A stretch of DNA of 64,000 nucleotides from Magallana gigas (taxonomy: Eukaryota): NCBI RefSeq assembly GCF_963853765.1, contig NC_088857.1, positions 48,360,001 to 48,424,000 of the forward strand. The letters are read 5' to 3'. The notes beneath the pieces were generated by a model, which worked only from the letters and a program-made list of their open reading frames with translations, was not told where the DNA came from and made no database searches. Each line of letters begins with the position of its first letter. Positions within the stretch are counted from its first letter, which is position 1. Positions 1 through 10,749 of the stretch are shown here, one piece after another. The translations under genes and the position numbers were made by a program.

Positions 1-1213
1 TGCTGCTGTAAAGATTGTAACCATGTTACGATCAATTTTTTGGGAAACTATAGTTATACAACTTACCCTTATTCGGATAATATATCTACTTAAATAAATG
101 AAAATTATAAACTTTGACGAATTTGTCATACTGCATATGGGTGAATACCCTGGTCAATAAGTGTTAAATAAAATCATGCTCACAGACCTGCTAAAACAAT
201 TGGAAAATAACATAAATGCAAAATATTATTCTAATAAATAAATAACTGAACTTACCAAGTTGTATGCTCCAAAGTTTGGCAATGTTTTTGCCAATCATGA
301 GATTTTTTCATTTTTATGATAAAAATATAGATATCTATACGGCACAGTGGGATATTCCATTCCCAGCCAGTCTCTGTGCCCCCTTATCAGCACAATACGT
401 CTGTTTATCAGCCACTCTTACCAAAAAGCAAGGCAATCGATATCTTACTTCTAAAGACACGCAAAATCATGTTATCAAGAGGACCCCGAGCACTGAGAGG
501 GAGCCATTCAGATCAGGGGATACCACCATGTTTCCGCGCCGTGTAAGTGTGTGTTCAGATGAAAGATGCATTTTAATTAAGATTTCACAAGGAGCAGTGG
601 TTCATGTTCGTAACCTTGGCAGACATACATGTTCAAAGACAATCTGTTACATGAACTGTAAGGTGATTTGAAGATGGGATCTCTTTACGGTTGGTTTTCT
701 TGAAGAAAACAAAATTCGCAACGAATATCAGTTCATCTGAGAGAAGTTTTATGCAAATCCAGACGAAGTCATCCTATCTTGGTTTTTATCAACATGCTTA
801 GAAAAACTTCCCTAAGTAACAGCAAGGCCTAAGATAAAACACTTTGGTATATTTATTTCTGATTCACGAACAAAAATTATCTTTTCCGATCTCGTGCACG
901 GATTTTAGTAAGATAGGAAATAGAGAAAAGATCTTTTCCGATTTTTATGCAAGGATTTCTTAGTAAAAAAGGAAATAGAGAAAAGACGGCGTGGCATCGC
1001 TTTTTCGCCCGATTTTTTCTTTAGCTGTGTTTGGTTTTCAAAATTGTTCTTTCGTGTGTGTTTTCAATTATTATCTGAAAAATAAGTTTTCACACCCACT
1101 TACACCTCGATCCGATTTCATTATTTACCAAATTAATTACTATCTTTAATTTCGAATTTTGGTGGGTTGCGGTTGCCAATACCTTTCTTTTTTTTGTATG
1201 GTTATGCCAATGT

Positions 1214-1214
<1 letters not shown>

Positions 1215-1277
<63 letters not shown>
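1215..1277. repeat. (AG)n microsatellite
   Basis: Uninterrupted AG dinucleotide run of about 63 nt. Confidence 0.98.
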
Positions 1278-1279
<2 letters not shown>

Positions 1280-1404
1280 CCTCTCCATGATGAAACTGAA
1301 TTTTAATTTTCCATTTGATTAAAAATTAAAAGATATTACATATGCGACTTACATTTTCCATGTAATAACATTTATTACTGAAAGTTACCATATCATTTAC
1401 TAAC

Positions 1405-1800
1405 TTAGTTAAACAATAAAACGTTTCTTTGGTGATTCATGGATTCATGCGGGATATGAAGGTGGCGACAATGCAGAAAAAATACATAACCCGCATTAGC
1501 GTGTTATGTAATTTTTTTCTGCAATGACCGCTATTTTTTTAAATAAATTAGTCGTAAAAAATAAGTAAAGTTAACTAAAATATTGCTAATGCACATCTGT
1601 GCACTGGATAAAAGAAGCAGTCAAATCGTCTTCTATGAGAATTTGAGTCTGATATCATCATGATTATTTCATGCAGTCCGTGATTTTCTTAGGTTGCTGA
1701 TTATAAAGGTTTTGACCATGGATAAACGGGGCTTGTAGATTTCAGTCCTGTCAGTTTTAACAGAGCTATGAATTCCTATTAGTTTTCGTAAGAAATATGG
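1405..1800. mobile_element. Dispersed repeat with long internal palindrome, copy 1 (opposite orientation to 58325-58830)
   Basis: Contains GATTCATGCGGGATATGAAGGTGGCGACAATGCAGAAAAAATACATAACCCGC..GTGTTATGTAATTTTTTTCTGCAATG (hairpin). 1610-1790 is a diverged reverse complement of 58330-58590 (e.g. CAGTCCGTGAT..TCTTAGGTTGCTG). Confidence 0.75.
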
Positions 1801-2100
1801 TGTATGTAAATATTTAAAAAAACAACAAATATCATTCTGCCGCCTCACTTAATCATTTTATTTTATGATCACATATTTCCTGAGTACATATATATATCAG
1901 TACACATAAACATTCTTTTATTTATTTGCATGGAATTTTAAAAATCACTTCTTCATTTCCTCCTTTTTTTGATGATCTAACAGTTATACAAGCGTCTGTC
2001 TGACATTACGTGGATTGAGTCTATCACTAACAGAACAGGTGGACAGAACACCCGAGTGTTCAACAGGTGAGCAACATCACTGAGGGACGCACCTGTTTGA

Positions 2101-5100
2101 TCACAACTTGCTGCTTTGACCTCCATCAATGTTCACCATAATCTTCCCGATGCTCTTCTTTGTGTACAGGTACTGTGACAAGTAAAGCAACACAAGACAA
2201 TGAGACAGTCCACATTTATACTACATACATAGTTTCTATTAAATTTAATGACCATGCATACATCTTCATCTTTTCAAAGTTGTTCTATTTTCTTCCCTGA
2301 AATGCTGCCTATGTATGGTGAAATTTTAAAGATATAGGCTAAAGTTCTATCCAGTAGAAGTGCCTGTTCACGCCAGAATAAGACCCATAATTGATGACAC
2401 TTTCATATATTACCGTATATCAGGTTTTTTCCGCGAATCAGAGCCTAGAACGGTATATAAAATTTACGCGAATCAAATTTTCACTATTTCAAAGTCACAT
2501 AGAAAATATGATTCACGATTGTTTAAAGCTGTGAGGTAAGAGGGGAAAAGTATATTAATTGTTAATCTTTGTAATGAAAAATTCGGACAATGAAACCAAT
2601 AACACGATTTCCTTAATGTAAAATAATTACCCATATTTATTCTCAGAGACGCAAACATTCATAAATAAATAAATCATGTACCGTTACACATACCAGTAGC
2701 TCATGTATAATTAGATATCGGTTTACACAAGGAAAGTGACCGTTTTAATTAGCTTGTCAATGGATTATTAAAAAACAACGAGGCTTACAAATCTATTATC
2801 TGGCGCTTGTCCTCCGATTTCGCAATTTGTACCTCAAACTAAACTAACTGAACATAGTTCACCGTACTTTTACTTACCTGTTTACTTAATCAGGGAAGAG
2901 AGAAATCTATTACAATACAAAACTTTGTATCAAATTTACGCTGATTTATTTTCCGCGATTCGGAAATCGTCGCGAACAAAGCGGAAATTGGATACACGCG
3001 GAAAAAACCTGACATACGGTAACTACCGATACAGTATCTTTCATATTTTCAAATATTGTTGTTGATAACAAAACAATTACATCCATGAATGAGTTGACAC
3101 CCTGTTAAAATCATTCCACTACCATGCTTTCCAGTACTGGATGTTTCTATAGTTAAAGTTCACTGTACATCAGCAGCAACACTCATTAATCAGGGATGAT
3201 TTGGAACGTTATTTTTAATTCCTTTTAACTGACATTCTTTATGATTTTACATTGAAGTGTTCAAGGTTTAAGGCAAATAATTTAAGGGGACAAACATGAC
3301 TTCAATATAACTAATACTTTGTTATATACAGGTACCCTTTAAGCAAGTGTTACTGTACACAGGATGGGACAATTGGTCTTACCTCCACAGCATCAGCGAT
3401 GCTCTCCAAGCCCCGGAATGGTCCCTTCTCATAGTTCTCTCCCATGTCTACGAAGGTTTTCAGCTTGCCTTCTTGTTGCAGCTGAATCATTTTAGTAACA
3501 TAGCGAGGGATATCGGACACAAAGTGTTCCAAGAAGAATCCTCTTATACTTGAGGATTTGTTCAGCAGCTGAAAGTATTATATCAATTAATTACATATTT
3601 ATTCTACTACATGAATACACTTTATGAGACAAAAAAGTACTAGTGTTGAATGAACTTGCCCTGACAGGTATAGTAGCCATTGTCCTGGAAGGCTTAAAAC
3701 CGAGTTCTGTCTGGTAACCCTCTATAAACCCTATTACAATCAGTCGGCCCTTTACTGCAAGGCTAAAATTATAATTGTAAGAAGGAAAGGTAATTCATAT
3801 AATAGTTATAAGCTCTATACACTTTTTTTGAAGAAAAAAATTAGAATATCTGTATATTTCATTTCTCATATGAATAAGGGGAAGTCACTCTGATTATAAA
3901 CACCTACTCTGTATTGTCTTAAAGAGCAACAAACAGAACTTGTGTTTGTACCACCCACTGTACAGCTTTTTTTGCTATCTGTAAATTAGCTAGCTGTAGC
4001 TGTGGGAAAGACATCTACATCTACTGCAGGTCAACCTTAATTTTCCCATAAAGTTACAGATCTGCAGCTACAAGTTAGTATTGAATTAGTCAGACAAGAC
4101 AGAATTAAACAAAATATTAACATTCAGTGTGTACCGTATTTCCCCTTATCAGCTTATGTTTGCATTTCAATTTCGTGTGTTTGTAAACACACTTAGCCTT
4201 TTAACGGTGTATGAGCACAAATATAAAGTCAATTTTTTTTAGGATATTTATTATTGTAATATTAAATGCAACTTTCAAATTTACACTACCAATTTGAATT
4301 GTACTTATAAAAAATAATTGTTTAATCACATCTATTCGTTGATAAAAAAAATTTCTTGACAAAGTTTCTGGCACTATATTTTTAGTTGCTGAAGCGAACT
4401 AAATAACTTGTTAATATGGCTGCTCCATGTATGTTTCGTATCCCTGGCTAAGAGTGTATATAATGGCTTTAAAGCAACAATACACACATATTTCATACAA
4501 ATAAACATCAATATGAATATAAATATAAGTTAAGTGTGGTATGAAAATTTGTCTGTATGACATTCAAAAATAAGCATTCAATGCTTAAATGTTTTTTAAA
4601 TGAATGCAAAGCCAGATTTACCTATTTACACAGATGTCGAACACTTCTCCACCAATGGTTTCATATACTACATCAACGCCATTCTAAAACAAGAGGCCAA
4701 CTGGCCTTAAAGGGACTTGGACACGATTTAAGATCAAAAATTTTATTTTTATTTTTTATGTATAAAATGGTTTACTGGTGCATTTTAAATGATTGACCAA
4801 AATATTGAATGTTAAAGTCAAGCTACAAGCGAGATACAGAGGTAAGAATTGGTTGTTATGTAAACAAAGCTAGAGTCTTATAGTTGTTTACAAAAAATGT
4901 AATGTAGAGAATTACCATTTCTTTGAAAAAATGACAAGTAAAAACAATTTAAACTAATTCAGTATCTTTATAAATACTATTACCAACAAAAGAAAGATAC
5001 ATTTGATTGAAACTTACACCAATACAACACATATGTAAAAAATGACTATATTCGAGTTTGTTTACAAAACAAAGAATTATGAACTCTGTATCTTGCTTAT

Positions 5101-6679
5101 AACTTGATATTTGACTTTCAAATTTTGACATAGCATTATAAACTTCTATATTTATCAGTATAAACATCGAAAATGGAAAAAAAAAAATTAAATTTGTTGA
5201 GTCAAATCGTGTCCAAGTCCCTTTAACGGTCACCTGAGTAGCATATATCCCATACACAAACTTTTCATGGAGTATCATATATGCATCTCATTAATTAGGT
5301 TTCATACTGGAGTAGAAAAATTATAAATTTGTGATGACGACCACATTTCAAAAAGAACTGTGAAACCTATAATTTTGGTGAAAAACTAAAAGATCTGGTC
5401 TACAAAATCATGAATTCAGTTTTCCTTTCAGGTGTGTGGGAGTAAAGAAGATATTTTTTTTAACATTATATACATCTATACATCTATACATCCATTTTGG
5501 CCCTGCCTTAGAGTCAAAACCCATACCCCAGGGGACATGAAAATTAAAATTTCAGTAGAGGACTTCCTGGTAAACATAATTATTAGTCAGGTTTTTTTTT
5601 ATACAGATGTGTGAGAATAGAGAAGGAGAGTTTTAAACATTATATGCATTAACACTATATTGCCATATTGCCCCCCCCCCCCTTCCCTCATGTCCTGAAC
5701 CCCTGACCCAGGGGCCATGAATTTCACAATTTAGGTAAAGGAGATTGTGGATATCATAACAATGTATTCAGTTTTTTGCCCACATGTGTGGGAGTAGAGA
5801 AGAAGATTTTTTAAGATTTAAAACATTTTTACTATATGGCCATATTGGCCCCACCCTAGAACCTAATCACCTAACAAAGGGGTCATGAATTTCACAATTT
5901 TGGTAGAGGGCCTCATGGACATCATAACCATGCATTTAGTTTTTAACAAATATATATGGGAGTAGGGAAGAAGATTTTCTAAGATTTAATACATTTTTAC
6001 TATTTTGCCATATTGGCCCCACCCTAGAGCCTGAACCCCCGACTGAGGGGTCATGAATTTCACAATTAAGGTAGAGGGCTTCATGGACATCATAACCATG
6101 CATTTAGTTTTTAACAAATATATATGGGAGTAGAGAAGAAGATTTTCTAAGATTTAATACATTTTTACTATTTGGCCATATTGGCCCCACCCTAGAGACT
6201 GAACCCCTGACCCAGGGGTCATGAATTTCACAATTTTGATAGAGGGCCTCATGAACATCATAATCATGCATTTAGTTTTTAACAAATATATATGGGAGTA
6301 GAGAAGAAGATTTTCTAAGATTTAATACATTTTTACTATTTTGCCATATTGGCCCCACCCTAAAGACTGAACCCCTGACTCAGGGGCCATAAATTTCACA
6401 ATTTTGGTAGAGGGCCTCATGGACATCATAACCATGCAACCAGTTTTTTCCTCACATGCGTGGGAGTAGAGAAGAAGATTTTTGAAAATTTTGCTTTTTT
6501 TGCATATTTGACCCCACCCGTGGCACCCCAGGAGTGGTAGAGCCATAAATTTCACAATTTAGATTCTTCTTACCATAGAGATGCTTCACACCAAAAATGG
6601 TCACGATTGGCCTGGTAGTTTTCAAGAAGAAGTTAAAAATGTAAAATTGTTAACGCACGGCGACGGACGAAGACCAATT

Positions 6680-6716
<37 letters not shown>

Positions 6717-9700
6717 TCAAATATAGAATTTCAGACTATACCATCGAAAGTGCATTCACAATGGGACAAAATTTTATACCGGTAAACCTAAGATAAAAAT
6801 ATTACTGTTTCTATGGAACTATATGTAAATGACTCATTCATATTGGATTATGACCATCATTGTATATTTCATACATGGTATCTAGTATAGTACAATAAAT
6901 GTTCTACTGGTGTTTCTAGATGGGTAAGTCAACTGTGTCATACAATATTCCTTATGTTATAGATTACCTTGTATTCATTTTTAAGGACCTCCTTTAAGTT
7001 TTCTTTATTATAGTTGATGGGACGATCACAGCCAATTTTCTGCAAAAAGGAAATAACAACAAATAATATTTACCGGTACATTCAGTGTATTGGTACATTT
7101 CCCCTAATGTTTGCACTGGAAATCGGTGACATTCAATTTTCTATAACACCATTTCAAATCTGAACACGGTGTATGGGCAAAAGAAAACCTCATCACACCT
7201 TTTGGATAGATTTATTATTGTAAGATTAAATGAAACGTTTAAACCTATACATGTATTACTATAAAAAATTTAAAATGTACTTTTGAAAAATAAAAGTTAA
7301 ATCAATCTATTCGATCTCAATAATGAATTTCCTTGGCAAAGTTTCTGGCAATATATTTTTAGCTACAGAAGCACCCTAAGCAACATGATTTATGGCTGTT
7401 CATATACTATTCACATCCCTGACAAAGAGCTTTAATACCATATATTATGGCTTTAAAGCATTTATACAAAAATATTTCACATGTATAGCGAATTAAATCC
7501 ATTGCTTTTGAATTTGAGTATTTTATATATGCATCTTAAAATTGCGTGTATCTTCAATGAAGTTTGTAATGGATAATATTTGTTACATAAAGGATATTGC
7601 CGTATATTCGCTATATCTCTGTATGTTATATTCGAGTCTTGATGTGTGAATAGTTTATACCTTCAGGAATTCTACTTTAGCATCTGTAGAACAAGTTCCT
7701 ATAACATGGCAGCCGGCAAGTTTGGCCCACTGTACCTATTGAAATGACAAAAATCAAATGGCCAGTCAGTGTATGTAATTCAAAATCTTTAGATCACCTA
7801 TAAACATAAACATGTATAATTTAATGATTTAGGATTTGAGGCTTAAACAAAACTGTGAAGATGTTATGAATTTGAAGAACTTACAGCAATAATTCCAGTG
7901 CCTCCTGCTGCAGCTGAAAGAAAACTATACACTGAAATCTTTGAGGAAGACTTTGACAGATATTGTGCATGCATTAACTTAAACATATTAAGATTATCTC
8001 TCATTGTTATAATGTTATATTGTTGAAATAATTATGTAAATGCAGCTGATGAAATATCAATACCTGTGATGAGGACCGTTTCTCCTTTTTTGATTTCACC
8101 AACCTAAAAAACAGCAAATATTATTTCTCTTGAAATACATGTAACATACTGGAACACTCACATGTAGATTTCTCCTAATATATGGCTTATGTACGCAAAA
8201 CAGTATAATTGGTGTCAAACTGAAAATAACCTGTTAACATGTTTTTGATCATTTGTTGCTCTTATATTCTTAAGATTCAAAGACATATAGAAAGCATATT
8301 AATCAATTATCTGTTTATGAGATAGTAAACTCTGAGACTCCGAGGTGAAATAAAGCTATCAATTTCAATGCTTTATGGTAAGAATTACTATTTTCCCTAT
8401 AAAGCCATACCTATATTACAGTCTTATCACTCCGAAACCTTTTTTTTTGTAAAACATGCTAAGATTTGCAAAATAACAGCTAAAACCCATTTTATACAAC
8501 TATGTAACTTTTTTCTTATAAATAAATAAATAAAAACAAAAGGGTTGATGGGGAATCTGAGTTGGTGGCGGCACTGCTTACCTTGTCCAGAGATACCGAG
8601 GCTGTTATTCCACTGACTAGGAAGGGCAAGAACTGGGGCGACGGGGAGGGGATAGGAAATACCCGATTGGCTTTCAATACCTGCAATGATACATTCTGAT
8701 TAGATCCATTTTAACAAGAGCTTGGACTTTGGATAGTTTGTCAAACAGCAATGTGATGTAGGCCTGTCTATTTCATTGTTGGCCATTCAGCCATGGCTCT
8801 TTGAAATGTACAAGATTTGTCTTGATTTTGCATTAGAAACCAGTGTCATTTTTAACTTCTTTTGGTGCAAGAAATAGATACTGTATGCAGGGAAATATTT
8901 GCCCCCTTTTCGCCTCTTTTGCCCTCGTTGCCAGTCACTGTGGGTGAATTTAAGACTGGGCGAATTCCAATGACTCAAATTATATACAAATTCAAGACGG
9001 GGCAAAGCTTTTGCAAGTGTAGAAGGACGAAAATAACATGGGGCGAAAATAACCCTGTATACAGTAGTTACTTCACACCGATAGTCCAAGGTCTTGTTAA
9101 CAAGGTTCTAAGCTCACACTAAGAAAACTATCATCTTCAACAATATCACTACACATTCTTGTTTTCAAAATACATGTAATTAGATTAAAGCTGCTGAATA
9201 GCTAATTAAGAAATGGAATCTACTTGTTTAAAGTTAATGTGTAATATGTAGACCTGACAATGGTTGACGTGTGGTGGATTGACATATCATATACTGCTTG
9301 ATCATATCATGCTGGAAATATTGTACTAAGAAGGATGTCCTCTGAATGTATATTTATTTACCTTAAAAGCAAAGGGACTAAAGTTAACAGGTAAAGATCA
9401 AACCTTGTATTCACTAAAGGCTCCGTGATTGAAATACATGACAGCCTGACCCACAGGGAGGGGGGAGTTTTTGCTGGCCTGTACAACTTCTCCAAGTCCC
9501 TACAATATCAAACAGAGTTTCAGCTGGCTGATGCTTTCATGAAAACTTTAAAAATTGTCTGTACATGTTTTTATTGTGATGGTCATGCAGTCTGGTTTGA
9601 TTGCTGCCTGTCATCTGGCACCACATACTAGTACATGTAGCTCAGCTGGTAAAGCATATTAATTACTACAGATTCAGGGGGCTGTGTTTTAATCCCTGTC

Positions 9701-10286
9701 TGGTCCTTCATTATTTCAAAAAATATTAATTCTATTAATCTATAATAGCTGCATTATCTTTAAGGTAAGTTATTTTCTTTCTTTATTTATCATTTATTGC
9801 GTAATTGATGATTACTTAACTATCACTCAAGTATAGACACAATTTAATATCTTACCTCAAAACCAATATCAAATGGCGGCTTGATTTTAGACTGGTGGCC
9901 ATATCTTCCTGCAGTTACATTGATGTCTGAGGCATTAATTCCTACATACCTGTAAAATCAGTCATTCTATGAAAATTTTAAGTCCTACTATTACAACACT
10001 AGGAAACATTTCTTTTGTTTATTAACTATTAAGAGGCATTCTTAATAAATCATCAATAAGAAAATCTACATACCCCTGACCTCATTCTGAAGGACCGGTA
10101 TGTAGATGCTTACTTTTTTTTTTTACAAAGTTTTGTTTTTTTAACTTGCCTGTTCTTTATCAGAATTTCGCCATCACCAGGTTGCGGCATCGGATCTTCA
10201 GCAATAGCAACAACATCTCTAAACTTCGGGCTGAACTGTGTTGCGACTAGTTTTCGAAGAGTCCGTGGTAGGTTAGTTCCAGGCAT
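2101..10286 (-). CDS. PTGR3: Prostaglandin reductase 3 / zinc-binding alcohol dehydrogenase domain-containing protein 2 (MDR family), 354 aa, 12 exons
   Basis: Exons (minus): 10286-10150, 9949-9856, 9499-9404, 8680-8582, 8103-8064, 7913-7885, 7735-7661, 7039-6968, 4683-4622, 3762-3660, 3568-3383, 2172-2101; total 1065 nt with all phases compatible. Peptides [81 protein letters not shown] match ZADH2/PTGR3. Ends in SKL (PTS1). The ORF track starts at GTG 10304; the first ATG is 10286. Confidence 0.95.
2413..3019. mobile_element. MITE with TA TSD and CCG...CGG termini (Tc1/mariner-type), in the last PTGR3 intron
   Basis: TA|CCGTATATCAGGTTTTTTCCGCG ... CGCGGAAAAAACCTGACATACGG|TA; ~23-bp near-perfect TIR; no coding capacity. 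Confidence 0.88.
4121..4495. repeat. Diverged duplicated intronic block, copy A (homologous to 7079-7460)
   Basis: Shared ordered anchors: CATTCAGTGT, ACGGTGTATG, ATTTATTATTGTAA, AAAGTTTCTGGCA, TATATTTTTAG, ATCCCTG, ATGGCTTTAAAGC. Confidence 0.65.
4711..5222. mobile_element. TTAA-TSD non-autonomous DNA transposon (Kolobok-like), nested in the HINE end
   Basis: TTAA(4707-4710)|AGGGACTTGGACACGATTT ... AAATCGTGTCCAAGTCCCT|TTAA(5223-5226); perfect 19-bp TIR; AG...CT termini rather than the CC...GG of piggyBac. Confidence 0.9.
5490..6520. repeat. ~168-bp satellite-like tandem array (about 6 units, Cg170-like)
   Basis: Anchor CCATATTGGCCCCACCCTA recurs at 5840, 6008, 6176 and 6344 (168-bp spacing), with degenerate flanking units at ~5663 and ~6503. 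Confidence 0.9.
7079..7460. repeat. Diverged duplicated intronic block, copy B (homologous to 4121-4495)
   Basis: Same ordered anchors as copy A. Confidence 0.65.
8701..9110. mobile_element. ~250-bp MITE family copy 1, interrupted by a nested MITE
   Basis: Ends TAGA(T/A)CCATTTTAACAAGAGCTTGGACTTT / AGTCCAAGGTCTTGTTAA..GGTTCTA; body aligns with copies at 33874 and 55182. Confidence 0.88.
8881..9064. mobile_element. 184-bp MITE with TA TSD and CTG...CAG termini, nested in 8701-9110
   Basis: TA|CTGTATGCAGGG..TTTGCCCC ... GGGGCGAAAATAACCCTGTATACAG|TA; the uninterrupted site GAAATAGATAGTTAC is visible in the copy at 55381-55395. Confidence 0.88.
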
Positions 10287-10556
10287 TTTATGAACTTTGG
10301 ACACGAGAAAGACAAAATGAAAATGAAAGTAGAAATGGGGACAGCTGGACGAATTTTTTGCCGAGTTGAGTTATATTTTTTCAATAAACTTTCTTTATAC
10401 ATGAAAGCACGTGCTCAATACATTGTTTGAATTGTGTTACATAATTGTTTCTCAAACCAAACAAGTATAACAAAACTTAAACCGGAACGGTTGCATCGTT
10501 TTCTATTTGCATTTTATCGGGCAATCAAAGTGAAACTAAAAGTTTGTAAACAAACA
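10287..10556. promoter_or_regulatory. Probable bidirectional promoter / 5' UTR region shared by PTGR3 and nurim
   Basis: Only 270 nt separate the two divergent ATGs (10286 minus, 10557 plus). Confidence 0.7.
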
Positions 10557-10704
10557 ATGGGCATTATCACTAAAGTAATTCAGTTTGTGTCAGTTTTGAC
10601 ACTTACTAAGTGTATCGTTGATCTGTTCAAGTTTTTAAGATGGGATGGAAGATATCAATTGAAGCTGCCATTCTTCGCAGGACAAAGTAGAGGTATGGTC
10701 TGCG

Positions 10705-10749
<45 letters not shown>

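Larger units (their letters stand above)
4688..6712. mobile_element. Non-autonomous Helentron-type (HINE-like) element carrying a satellite array
   Basis: One end is ACAAGAGGCCAACTGGCC(TTAA)CGGTCACCTGAGT (short hairpin plus subterminal repeat). The other end is the palindrome TAGGTCACCTGAGT-G-ACTCAGGTGACCTA (6684-6712). Inserted in an A/T run, with a central ~168-bp tandem array. This layout is typical of oyster HINEs. Confidence 0.8.

Noticed and set aside
67-671. 135-aa plus-strand ORF (264-671) and minus-strand splice-like signals (GTAAGT at 255 and 66, acceptor ~188)
   Set aside because: No recognisable protein; all frames of the putative 67-187 exon contain stops. Could be UTR exons of a gene outside the window but cannot be supported.
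9638-9710. tRNA-like sequence TAGCTCAGCTGGTAAAGCA... (also 11376-11429)
   Set aside because: Degenerate boxes and no complete cloverleaf, so SINE remnants rather than tRNA genes.
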